The notes: generated by a model from the sequence alone, not told the origin. A stretch of 64,000 nt of DNA from Spirogloea muscicola (GCA_009602725.1 WELB01000014.1:398893-462892); one strand, 5' to 3'. Shown: positions 39,294 through 51,632, counted from the stretch's first letter. Numbers and translations are program-made.

Positions 39294-42113
39294 TCAGCTG
39301 TCATGCCACAGGAAGCGATTGTCTTTGAGCTGTGCCGCCAGATGGCGATTGAAGGGGGCGTAAAAGTCGCGTAGCAACTCCTGAGCCCGTGGCAGCATGG
39401 CGCCCTTGCGCTCTGGCGTTGCCTCCCCAGCAGTCTGCAAGGAAGCAACTTTGCTGTGCTCAGCAGGCGGCAGCAGCCTTTATATCTAATCAAAAGCATA
39501 ATGTACCACAAAGTATCCACTTTTGAGCTGACCAACTGTGGAGCTTGTGAAGTGTGCGGCGCAGATCCGCACCAGGACTGGCAGGTCCAGCATGTGGCGC
39601 CACTCTTCATCATTCGGCTCGCGCAGTTGGAGGTGCACCAGCACGCGGCCCAGCGCTGCCCTTGGATCAGCGTAGTAGTCCTCCGCCTTCAGCACCAGCA
39701 GCTGGCCACGGGGGAAGGCCGCCAGCCAGTCCTCCATGAAGACCGAGTACATGCCCTTGAGGATCTGCTTCACCGTGACATCAAGCCAACTCAGCCATCG
39801 GTGTAGCACGCACAATGGGCGCTTTGCAACTTGACGTCACCCATCCCAGGGTCACTATCCAACTTCGAGATCAGTAAGACCAACAGTGCAGCAAAGCAAT
39901 AAAGGAGTGAAGGTGAAGTCATGCTGGCAACTTCCCATGTATTTAAAATCAAGTGTTTGCGGAGCTCTGCCTCGTAGGACGTTCTTTCATGCAGAAGAGG
40001 TGCTAAAATGAACATGACAAACAAGAAATCACTTAGCTGACCTGTTGACCAGGATTCAATGACCTCAACTACTATGCTTATCCTACAGCCCCTACTGTGC
40101 ACCAGTCGATTGCTGAAGTCAAGAAACCGACCTGGTCGGCGTGGTAGAAGACACTTTCATACTTGAGGCCGAGCGTCTCAAAAGCTAGCGTGCAGTCCCG
40201 CACGCCAAACGTCGCGTGGCACTCGCGCACCGCAGGCAGCTGGTCCTCAATGTATGCCAGGAAACCTTCCTCGGATGCTCCGTACTTCGTCGTATACTGT
40301 GCATGGCCATGATATCAGCCAAGTGGCGAATGTGCACCAAAGCGCTCCTATCAGATGACAGTAATGCCAAAATGCTGCTTAGGAAGCGACGAGCACATAG
40401 TTGACCTCTAAATAAGCACCAGAGGCCTTCCTTCTTGAGAAAATAACACAAACACACACACACACACACACACAAGATGCTTCAATCATTCAGATGCTAC
40501 AGACAGTGGAGTAGCCTGTTTAAGCAAAGCCGTCGCGTCTAAGTTGGTCTCTGAGGTGGGGTGACGATGCAGGGGCTCTGCTTTGCCTCACATCTTTAGC
40601 CCTACCTGGACATAATGCCAAAATGCTGAGTGGAGCCTGTCGACCGGGTCGCGCAGCAGCACTATGAGTTTCACACCCTGTCCATGCACAGCCTCAAGGA
40701 ACCAAGGTGTCTCCATCTTCGCACCCAGCTCGTCAGCCAAGGCCGCCTCTGCACGAGACCTCTGAATGTTCAGTTTCCACTGAAGGACGACCAATATAAG
40801 GACAGCCGCCCTGAGTACACACGTACATTCCCCATGTGGCGCAAAGATGCGAGAAAGCTCAGTCAGAACCTCCCATGCCTATGCTGGACAGAGCTCGCCA
40901 ATAGCCGGCACCGTGTCCTGCTACTCCACGTCCTGTGCAGGCTTGTGCAAGGTGGACAGGCGTTTGGGGCTCACCTTTAGCTCGTGACGACACGAAGCAC
41001 GCCTCGCGGCAGTCCTCTCTTGCGGTGTCATTCATGTTACACACCCGCCAGCACTCTGGCATGGAGGCCCTGTGGCAGTTCCGCAGGGTCTCAGCATGCG
41101 CACGCTGTGCTGAACCTAAGAACCAAAGAAGGAACACCAGGCTCTGCCGCAGCACTGCAGCACACCATCTGATCTTGCTTGCAGCCGTGCTGTGTAGTGC
41201 AGCTGCCTGATACTTAAGTACAAGGTCCAGAGGTGTCATCTTCAGCTTAGGCCAGGGGTTTTAAAAACCAAGGGCCACCTGTATGCAGGGTGGTATACGT
41301 CGATGGTGTGGGCCCAGATGTAGGCGAAGATGCCGCCGGAAGCGTCTCCAACCACGGCCGACCGTGGGTCCTCCTCGACCTGCAATCTCCATTGGGGGGT
41401 GGCAACCACCAAGCCCCGCCAAGACTGAGAAACTGAACGTGCCCAGCCGCGCGTAGCCAGCACCACGCTCTTGCTCGGCGCACGCCGCAGGAGCGATCCT
41501 CGCAGGAGTCGTGGGCGGTGAGGGGGCTTGCGGCTCACATGGGACACGCCGCCCGACAAGGCCTGGTGGAAGTCGGCGAAAGGGTGCCGTTCGAACCAGT
41601 AGTTGAAGATGGAGATGTGCTTGATCTCGGGGTGCGGCAGCAGGCGGGCACGCAGGTCCGTCACGCCGGACTGCCACTGCCCTGGGTGAGGGCAATGGTT
41701 GGGCGTCAGGCAACGCTCGGGCCGCGGTGTTCAGCAAGGGGGCTGTCGCTGCGAGCCGCCTCGGCGCAAGAAAGGTGTGGAGGAAGCTGGAGCTCAGGGT
41801 TTACAAGGGTTTCAGGTGAGCACCCAGGACGTAGAAGTACGGGAGGCAGCGGAGGGCGTTGCCGGCGGCGGCGTCGCGCCAGCATGGGCTCTTGTACGTG
41901 CGCTCGAACGTGCGCGGCACCTCCGCCAGCGCGTCCGGGAACATGCGCGCCGCCGCCGCCCGCCGCACGCCCGCGGGCGCCGGCTNNNNNNNNNNNNNNN
42001 NNNNNNNNNNNNNNNNNNNNNNNNNNNNNNNNNNNNNNNNNNNNNNNNNNNNNNNNNNNNNNNNNNNNNNNGGGCCGCGCGGCGGGGGTGGCGCCACCGC
42101 CGCCGCCCGCCAT
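39294..42113 (-). CDS. Carbohydrate sulfotransferase, CHST15/GalNAc4S-6ST-like (Sulfotransfer_1 fold)
   Basis: SPCW..LRCLPYFYVLGQWQSGVTDL..HPEI, VVGDAS, KLIVLLRDPVDRLHSAFWHY (3'-PB), GMYSVFMEDWLAAFPRGQLLVLKAEDY, MLPRAQELLRDFYAPFNRHLAAQLKDNRFLW. Confidence 0.85.
40453..40474. repeat. (AC)n microsatellite in sulfotransferase intron
   Basis: About 11 AC units. Confidence 0.9.
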
Positions 42114-42520
42114 GGCGGCGCTGCGGGCGAGCTCCGTGGGCTCGCGGCGAGGGTGCGCCAATGGTCAGAGCGCGGCTGTGTTTATACTGGAAGTGCGGCT
42201 GATGAGCTCCACCCCACATTGCTAACGACGGGCCCGGGTTTAGTGGTTTACATCTTCGTTGACTCAACGAGCATGCCACTGTCATGCAGAACAAACTTGG
42301 CGACTGGAACCATGGTCTTAGTCATGAGTAAGAACAGGTAGAGCACCGCACCGTGAGCCTTCGTCTAATTTAGCTGGGCTCTGTCTTTGGCAATCAATTG
42401 AGGAGTCAAAGATCCACAACTGCAACTTGTCAACAAGACGGCGCAGGGGTCAATCCTTGGTCTCCTTTTCAGGCTAATGCCTTGCATCAGAAAGCTGGGC
42501 GAGCTCTAGTTGGTGATAGA

Positions 42521-42685
42521 AGGGCTTCGTACCTGACATCTAGTATTCATGCATCGGTTAGCGACCTTTATGTTTTGACCCGTGGATTTTGAGCGGGTCA
42601 ACCTGCTGTAGGTTATGTAGTTATTTAGATGTGCTTGCTTGCCTTTGTACTTGGCCATTGGCCTATGTTTGTTTCAAATACACGA
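42521..42685 (+). mobile_element. 165-bp short interspersed element copy 2
   Basis: Near-identical to 31349..31513. Confidence 0.8.
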
Positions 42686-43927
42686 AATCTTCTTTTTTCT
42701 TTGTCTAGCATGACTCCAGACGTCCCCTGAGCGTAGTCGACATTATGAGTTTTGACATCGCATGATGAGCAATGCCTGCACCTGGCTTCACCCGCAACTG
42801 TATGGGCTACCTCTCTTGTACAGCTATCAATTTGTGTGTTCTACCAAGGGATTGAGTCTGCGTAGATAACAACAACGTGGTGGGTTTGTCCTGCCTACAG
42901 GTGCGACTCATTAATCTTTCTTGTGAAAGCATTCTGAGTTCTAAATGACTGTTAGCAACTTCTGAGCAACCCGCATAAATATCACACTAACAGGACCCCT
43001 TAAAGGTTTGTTTCAAATACACGAGATTATTTCTTAAAGTAAGGAGCCCTACTCTATGTCTGTGCAGTGACTTGTTATGTGTAGGCCTGGTTACGGACAG
43101 CACAGTAAGATGCTACCTGAGTCAAATATCTCCTGCTTTCACCAATTAGATAACGACCCAATAGCAACATGACATCATCTTGGCTGACATTGTAGCCCTG
43201 CATTTCTGATTAACGGAGCTCAGCTTCTGAATGATCCTTGAACCCTGCTAGAGAAGCGCCACCAAGCGCACCTTGGACCTCTCGTCCTCCTCCTCCCCTT
43301 CCTCCTCCTCATCCTCGTTGCGCTATTTATCATCTTATATCTTACCTATCTAATGCACGACAGAATATTCCAACACTGCAACTTTTAGAGAAGTCCAACG
43401 ATAAGAAGGTATTATAATGAATCATCCAGTCTCTGACACATCAGAGAGAAACTGCTCTTCCAAAGTGACAGCAGTGGCTGTGAGAGGCCAGCCCAAAGGA
43501 ATGGAATCTGACACATTGCAGTCAGATCGAATCTTAGGTTGTTGGTTCCCTCAAAAGTAGGAGCGGAACTACTCCACGAGAGGAGCACCAGAAGACTTTG
43601 TAGACCACTGATCGTGGTGGTCGCCTAACCATACAGAAGCTTTTCAAAAGCTTCTACTCGTGCTCTGGTGCTTCTTAAAGCGCCAATCTACCTCCTAAGG
43701 CATACCTGGGCTCAGTTTCTGAATTGCATCAAGTCTATTGCGTTCCATGGGGCAACATGTGATGCTGATGATATTACCGTCAACTTCTTATAGAGAGCCA
43801 CCATCTACATATGGGTCTTCCAAGTGCTGTTGATTCAGAAAAAAGATGAGAGTGAGGTTGGTTTCAACAACCCTCACACAATCTCAAGCTCCAAGCAGAA
43901 TTCTCCTGCTCCCATTAGCTACCTACC

Positions 43928-44560
43928 CTAGGGAGCAAGTTCATCAATGCCAGAGTCAGGCACTCCTCCAGGCCTTGAGCCTGCAACAACTTGCAGACCC
44001 GCTCTTGAGACGGCTTCCCGTACCACATTCCTGGTGGCAACTTCGTCACGAAAGCGACAGAAAGTACTATAGAGCCGCCTTTCAGCGACTGTGTTTTTGT
44101 TGAAGCGTGCCACCTGAAGGAAGCCCTCCAGCGTATATCTCAACTGGAGTTCATGTGAGGCACAGTACTCAGCATCCAGAGTCTCAACATCCTTCACGCT
44201 CAAGTGAGTGCGCCTGGCATCTTTCAACGCCTTCCATTCTGGAACGAGTATCTGGAATTGTACTTCAAATTGCTTTCGTTTCGACCTCAAACCTTGAGCT
44301 GATCCTGTAAGGCCTTCTCCCTGGCATCATATTCAGCTAGCGTCCGTTTGACCAGACGCCCCAGGTTCTGGACACTCTCATATCCAGCTAGCTCCTCTTG
44401 TGAAAGAGGGCTTCTAGGCCGACAGTGAGATGCCGCTGCTGCTGCCGCCGCCGCCGCCTCTGCTGCCGTCGCAACCGTCAGCGCTGCTGACGCTGTCACA
44501 TCTGCCGGTGCCAGCAGACGACCCATAGCCACGATGAGGGCCAAGAAGGGCGGCGGAGGA
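43928..44560 (-). pseudogene. Frameshifted intronless ORF of unknown family (helical/coiled-coil-like)
   Basis: ORFs 44287..44739 and 43928..44290 join with a single -1 shift at AAG GTT TGA GG. The joined product reads as a charged helical protein. No family recognised. Confidence 0.3.
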
Positions 44561-45754
44561 CGGTGCAGCTTCCCAGCAGCCCCAGGTGGCTGCAGAGGCC
44601 GTGGTGGCACCCACAACAGACTGTGAGCGAACAGTTGGCGGTGCAGCAGGCGCACAGCTTGCGTGAGCAAGTCGAGGGGTTTGCAAAGAGCAGCAAGTAC
44701 AGCGAGAAGGTGGTGAGCAAGAAGGAGGTGAAGAAGCAAAACTCACAGCTAATAAAGCGTGCTGGCTGTGACCACAGAGCAGCGTGCTGCCAGGTCCAAG
44801 GACTCGTCTGAGTGTCCTACAACCTGCCAATTGCCAATTGGTGGATACAACAAAGATTGGTAAAAGAAACTGCTGCCGAAAGCAGTGAACTCACAGGGAG
44901 GAGCAAGATGAGGTTATTGGGCCACCCCAAGTCCTTCTGACAAGGATTCAAGCATTGTCTGATAGGTCAATAGAAACTCTATAAACACCACAAGTCTTGT
45001 GCTGCACTTTCAACTTCAAGCACAAAATCGGACGAGTCCACAACATCACAAGCTTTACTGCAATGAAGACCAATCTCCACAAGTAAGCAAAGAAGACTAT
45101 GCACCCTTCCTCAAGTATACAAGAGTCAATTTTCTGGACCTGTTTGAGATTTTGTAGGACGAGACCAAAACCCACACCAATTACTCATTACACAAGACTT
45201 AGGCTCAACTTATCGACGCACTCAAAAAGGGTCAGTAACAGGTGACTCCCTCCAAGAGGAGGGCATTTCGAGCAGCTATGGAGGGGAAATGGGCGTAATA
45301 AATAGTAGCAGTGACCAAGAGGAAGCACAAGCCAGCGAATCGCAGCGGACAAGGTATCCTGGAGCCAACGTCCACAAGTTGCACCAAGACGTGGAGAGGA
45401 CAAGGTCCTAAGGTTCTGTCCATAAAGATGCACCGATGCCATCACATGATGCTGCAGTGCGATCTCACGGACGGCTGTGCGGGAGTCACCCGCCATACAT
45501 TCAACGCTCAACCATGAGTTCAAGGGTATACTTGGAGAAAAGTTGTCACCACACAAGGAACGAACTTGCCTCCCATGTAAGCAAATCGGCCTGGGAAGTC
45601 CCGCGAAGTAAGGCACACTAGCGGCTGATCTGCCTGGTGTCTACGGCCGTGCCCTCCTGGCGCGGTGCGCGAAGCGCGCACGTCGTCTGCTGGTGTGCAG
45701 CGTCGGCGGGGAAGCGGCGCTGCCGATGCTAGGTTGTAGTCCAACTTGAGAAAG

Positions 45755-47340
45755 CGGCTGCTGATATGAAAGAATCGGCTGTGAAATGCCAGCCAGATGC
45801 ATACAGGTGTTCATGACGGAGCCAAAGGCTAGGCAGACAGGGCGCCCTCAATACCCCCGTGTCAGCAGTAGGAAGTCAGATGAGCTGAGGGGAGGAAGAG
45901 CAACCCCGCTGCGCAAGCCAGAGGCTGCTGCAAGGGCGCGACCAGCGCGGCGGTGCAAAGCAAAGCGCTTGGGAGCGCTGCAGGGACATAGACAGTCGCA
46001 TACGGTAGCAGGACACCAGACCCAAAGGCACCGAGCCACCGTGAAGGGCTGCACCCCGTTCCGGGCGACGCTGGTCAGCTTGAGAGGCCAGCAGCGAAAG
46101 TAACGAGGACCACCGACCCCCGTAACACCCATGGATGTCCATGGCCAGGGGGTAAAAGGAATCACCCGCCGGGTGGTCCTTGTACTTGTGCAGCTTCTTC
46201 CGTTCGGCTACCTTCACAGCGTAGCCGGTCTCAGAAGTAATGGGGCCCTTCGTCCGGAAGCTGTCGGTGAGGACAACGTCCATGAGGAGCCGCTTGCCAC
46301 CTCCCAGGGGGACGCCGACCAGATCGACACGCCTCGTCCGAGGGACCCCATTGCGGAGGAGGATGGGCATCATCCCAGTGCTCTCCAACGCCACTTGATA
46401 TCCCGCCTCCTTGACGATGCCATACATGGCGTCACGTAGGAGGTTGTGGGAGCCCGTGCGCTCACTGCCTTTGGCACACCTGAGCATGTGGTCACCCATG
46501 AGCAATGCATCATGCTCAATAAGCCCACATTCACATTGGGTCACCCCTGCCAAGCACAGGGATGGCAAGCCAAGACGGCGGCGCATAGCATCGCAAAACA
46601 AAGCATTCTCCATCCGCAAGCCCGCATGCAAAGGCAAAGCGCGGAGCCACTCAGACGCTCCCAGAGACGAAACAGATAGGAGCCGAGCCTGGCCTCGAGC
46701 ATCTCCTTGGAGGAGACTCCGGAGATGCTCCAGTGGTTGCTCGTCTGCAGCACGGGTAAACCGCAATTGAGCCTTGACATCAGAAACGTCAGCCCAGGCA
46801 GCAAAACTAACAGGCTCATTTACCAGAGGCGGGTATGCGGCAAAGAGGTCCTGTTGGCATGCTTTGAGAGTCACTTGGAAAGGCAGACTCCCCTGAACCA
46901 CGGTACTGATGTGAGGCGCCAACACACGTTGTTGCCCAAGGAGGAATCGTCCAGATATGGACGAAGCCACCTGGGCCCAGCAGCCAAGGTACGCTGGTCT
47001 GCACAAGCGGACCAAGGGGCGACAACCAAGCCCACCGAGACGGATGGGCAGTGTACATTGCACCAGTGCTGCTGGCAACTGCTCTAGAAGTGGGTGAGCA
47101 ATCATGTCAGCTAGGCATCGTTGGAGCTTGACATCTATGGATGCATAGACCTCATCCATGGTAACCGAAGGTGGGACCGTTCTTAAGAGGTAACACGGCC
47201 GCTGTGCCACACTCCTGGTCAAAATGGCCACTGCCAACTGAGAGTCCCCGAGGGTGGGGAGCTCTGGCAGGACCTGCATATATCCTTGGAGACGAGGCCA
47301 ACTTGAGCCGAGATGTAGGGCCGAGAGAAGTAGCAGTTGA
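45755..47340 (-). mobile_element. 5'-truncated CRE-like non-LTR retrotransposon: post-RT region, CCHC knuckle, restriction-like endonuclease, 3' UTR
   Basis: QCTLPIRLGGLG, ASEWLRALP, CECG..HMLRC, SHNLLRD, RRVDLV..LLMDVVLTD (PD..D-like), AERKKLHKY, FYPLAMDIHG. Frameshifted tail SSSDFLLLTRGY* at 45848. The RT core is absent. Confidence 0.85.
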
Positions 47341-48189
47341 GGCGAACGGGTTTCATGGCTGTATGGAGAAAGCTATTTTTTTGAAAAAGATGACAAAGAG
47401 GAAGAAAGGGTGTTCCATAAGGGGGCGATGGCTGTGATAGAAGCAGTTTTTCAAAAGGGGGCGAGGCCTCTCTATGGACCTTGTGCACTCCTGTTACCCT
47501 CCGGCTCCCACCTTAGCCTGTCGGATTGATATGCTCCCTCGTGGGTGCTTGAGTCTTGCTTCCGCTGACCTTTTGCCCTGTTTCCTATGCCCATCTTAGA
47601 GCCTAGGGCTGCGCGTTGTGTGCGTTTTGCCTGCATGCGTTGCTGGCTCGGCTAGGCCTCCATTTCAAGCCATGCGGCACCGCTCGATTCCCCCTTCCTA
47701 CTCTTGCATGCACAAAAATATCGGCCCAGCTTGGCCTTCCTTCTGGTTTATGCGCACCGGGATCCTTCTCTACAGGTCGCAACGGGGCCCTCCAGTGCAT
47801 GCTGGGGACCCTTTGATGGAGGCCCTGCCCACTCCCCTTTTTCCTTCTGCCCTGTTACAATTGGCCCCTCATAGCCTAGCCCCTCTTCGCTATGTGCAGC
47901 CCCACTCTTGCACGTTGTCTGTGTAGTGTACTGGCTCGGCTTGACATCCCTGTCGTGCGCGAGGGCGTCGATGCGAGATGGAGTCGATAAACTGATATAG
48001 AGACAAAAGCTGACATATGCAAGTCATCTGATACACAAACCGAACAAGAAAGTGGTCGCGTTGGCCAGGCTGACAAGAAGACAGTCCGTCAGGAGACCAG
48101 CGTCACCAGTCGTTCATCTCAAGCAATGTCAACAAGGAACAAATAAGAGGTCCAAATCTGAACCTGTAACGCAATGAGGTATCAATCGG

Positions 48190-48306
48190 ACTCGGCTTTA
48201 GTAACCAATAGGAAGTAACTCGGCTTTTGTAACCAATGGAAAGGTCACTCGGCTTTTGTAACAATGGTCGGATAACGGCTCGACCAGGTAACTCGGCTTT
48301 AGTCAC
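48190..48306. repeat. Four spaced direct repeats ACTCGGCTTT(A/T)GT(A/C)AC
   Basis: Copies at 48190, 48218, 48247 and 48291. Confidence 0.85.
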
Positions 48307-48953
48307 CCCGATATTGCAAATATGCAAGATGCGGGATGTCACGCAAAGCAGTACTCGCCAGAATGTACACACAAGCAAAGATGTAATACCTTGTCCACAA
48401 GGTTGTTGACTTGTGCAAGGTCAGTGATTGCCAAACGATTTGTAGTTGTCTACTCTTGCGATAGGCAGCACAATATCAAGGCTGCTCACCACAGAGTCAC
48501 CACGACTTCTCGCAGTCGGGACGCTGGTCCGAGCTAAGGTTCACTAGTTGCTGCGGCTCCTGCCCAAGGCTTTACGCTTCCAAGGCGCGGCAATGGCGCA
48601 GGCGTGGCTCGCGGCACAAGGGTGAGAGGGTGAAACTTGCAAGCGGACTGCTCGGCTTGGGCCGCTCGCTCCGGCTTGGGCCGTTCGCTCCGGCTCGGGC
48701 CGGGCGCTGCAGACGCCGCTCGCTCCGGCTTGAGCCGGGCACTGTAGAAGATGCTAACGCTGCCTAATAGGCCAGGTGTGGCCATGGCTACGCTGGTTGG
48801 CTAAGCTGCTTGGCCGGCTCGTCGTGGGCCAACCACCGGCCCAGGGGTCGATCCGTCCCCAGGTGGTGAGCTCCAGCCGTCCGTTCCACAATCGGATGGT
48901 TGTTGTCGCGCGTGGGCTTGGGCCCTGGCCGCCGCGTTGTCGTTGTCGTTGTC

Positions 48954-49041
48954 GCCGCTGCTTCGCGGTTGCTTCATCACCGCTGCTTCGCGGTTGCTTC
49001 GTCGCCGCTGCTTTCGCGGTTGCTTCGTCGCCGCTGCTTTG
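48954..49041. repeat. 25-26 bp minisatellite x3.5 (ccgctgcttcgcggttgcttcgtcg)
   Basis: Tandem units seen directly. A separate short ccgctcgctccggcttgggc array lies at ~48650-48740. Confidence 0.85.
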
Positions 49042-50251
49042 TCGTCACATCTGAAACGCATGACTCAGCCGTGGAACACACGTGTCAAGCCAGGTCAGCT
49101 GTCCTAGTCAAATCGACACAAATAAGTAGTTGACGGGATATCGCACGACATCCCTTGGATATCATGGCCACCGTGCGCTCATTGTCAGGGGGACAGTTTG
49201 AGGTACTCTAGCAATCCGCAGGCGTTAGTTGCATGCCACAGAATCTGGCTTTGCTCTCCCGAGCGCTCCCGAGCTTTGGCTAATCATCAGCGTGCTGGGC
49301 GCGCTCTAAGCCAGCCACTGGCTTCCACTGTGGTGCTGACTCCCCATGATAGCCTGCCGGATGTATGTGCGCTTAAACCTGGGCAGTGGAGTCCCCCCGA
49401 AGCCGCTCCGCAAGTTATCTTACACCTCTTTTAAAAGCAAGCGCGGCCAGATTGACTGGTAGCTGGGAGAGGCCAGCCCAAAAGGAATGGACAATGACAA
49501 AGCATAGGGCCATCCTTGGGGCCTAGCTTTTGCCTAGCTTTTGCCGTACTGGTGGGAGAGCCAGTTTCTTGTTTGCCGTTCTGGCTTGACTTGGCCCCAC
49601 GCGCAACCCGCGCGCTTTTCCCTCTACAAAAACAGCTGTTTCTTGGAAGGCAGCCCCTCGGCCCGAGGCCACGACAGGCTGCCATGTGGCGGCCAGCGAT
49701 ACTTAGCAGGCGACCGGTCAACGCGGTCAACGAGCAGGGCTCCCGCCCATGTGCCCGTTCCGCGGGCGGAGGGGCGGAAGGAGGGGGGTTGGGGGGGCCC
49801 CCCCTCCTCCCGCCGGCCGGTCAGCGCGAGTCGCCGGTCCCCACCCACCCGCTCGTGGGTCGGCACCACCTTCGAAGCAACCCACCCCANCCCCCCCCCC
49901 CCCCCCCAAACCGATCTTTGCTTCCAATACCATCAGTTCAATGCACGCAAGTCATCCCCCCCGACCCGCCCCGCGTTATTGAATGCGAGCATTTGTAGCT
50001 GCTACACGCTTGCCGGCCCCCTCCGAACCTTTGTCCACTCTTTTTGGGCTGGCTTTCGCAGCCCTTGCCCCCATTGAGAGTGCCACTTCTCTATTTGAAG
50101 CCACTTCAGATCCCCTCTGTAGGCACTCGGCTGCCACATACAGCCGTCCCAGGCCATTTCGGCAGCCGCCGGTCCCATTCTCTCCCACCCACCGTCCCGC
50201 GCGCCCGGCCGGCCGCCGCCGCCCTCCCCGCCGCCCCGTCGTCCCCCGGCC

Positions 50252-51632
50252 ATGGCCTACGCTGGCGGCTACGCACAGCAGGCGCCGCCGCCCGTGTACG
50301 GCAACCCCGGCATGCCGCCGGGCCCCCCGGGCGGCCCCCCGCACGGCCGCTGGACCACCGGCCTCTGCGGCTGCTTCGAGGACCTCGGGACATGTGAGGC
50401 GCCCCTCCTGACTCGGCTCCGGTCCCTCACTACGGCAGTCTGTCGCTCCGGAGGCTTGCTGCAGTCTCCCTCGTGGCCGCAGGACCGTGGCGGAGAGCAG
50501 CCGGGAGGCTTTCCGGTCGCCCGTCTGAGCCGCATCATATCCCCAAAGGACAATGTCGCGTGTGCCACGGCAATGCCACCCCGACCGCTCGAAGGCGCGC
50601 GGCAGCAGCCAGTTGCAGGATACCTGTTACAGCTGGCATCTGAGATCCGGCACGACGTTCAGCAGCACGTGGTCCAGGGCTAAGCCTAAGGGTCGCATGT
50701 GTCAGTGATGGAGAGTGTCTGTTCGCCTACAAAGTCACTGACCTCTCTCATTCACGCGCAGGTTTCTGCTCATGTTGCTTGCCGTGCATTATCTTTGGCC
50801 GAAATGCCGAGATCGTGGATGACGGTCACAGTGAGTAACTCAACCTGCTGGCCCACATTGCCTCCGACTCAATGCGGTAGTGTTACAGACGCATCTTGAA
50901 CAGCCTCCACAGAGCAGTGGCTTCTCTGGGGACTCTGTGCACGCCAGCCAAATGGACGCAGAGGGAGAGGAAGGAGAAGGCTCTGCATGCTGGCTGCACT
51001 GTACGTTAGATGTTGCAGTAAGTTGGTCATCTTGGCACAGTGACAGCACTACTACCTTTCCCTTGACTTCTGTGAATCCTCTTACCACGTGCAGCACCAT
51101 GCGCAACAGCTGGTCTTCTCTGGTATGTCATCCAAGCATTCACCGGGTGTGGTTGCCTTTACTCCATGGGCTTCCGCTCGAAGCTGCGTCAGAAGTACAA
51201 TCTGCCAGATAACTGCGCCGGAGACTGCTGCACGGTATGCCACTGCCCTTGTCAATGCAAAAGTACTTTGTGTGATGTACAGAAATTGCTCACTCGTGGG
51301 AGTCGCGTTAATCACGTCATTGAGGTAGCATTGTACTCACCTGATTCCTGGTGCTTGCTGTTATGCAGCATTGCTGGTGCGCGTGCTGCGCCTTTGCGCA
51401 GGAGAACCGCGAGCTGAAGAACCGTGGGTGGGACCCTGCTATTGGTAAGCATTGCCAGGTCAAGGTTGCCTCTTGATGTCGTAGACCTGCCTCACTACTG
51501 TCTTGACTCCTTGAGCATAGTGGCTGGAGTGCCTGACAAGATTCCTTGGTGTCTGCAGGCTACCAAGCTAACATCATCAAGTTCCAGAGCCAGGGCACCG
51601 TCCCTCCTCAAGGCCAGAGCATGTATAAGTAA
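50252..51632 (+). CDS. PLAC8 / plant cadmium resistance / cell number regulator family protein (5 exons)
   Basis: RWTTGLCGCFEDLGTC/FCSCCLPCIIFGRNAEIVDDG/..YSMGFRSKLRQKYNLPDNCAGDCCT/HCWCACCAFAQENRELKNRGWDPAIG. Confidence 0.92.

Noticed and set aside
48190..48306. CRISPR-like array
   Set aside because: Repeats are only 16 bp, spacers are 12-28 bp and partly similar to each other, there are no cas genes, and the context is eukaryotic.
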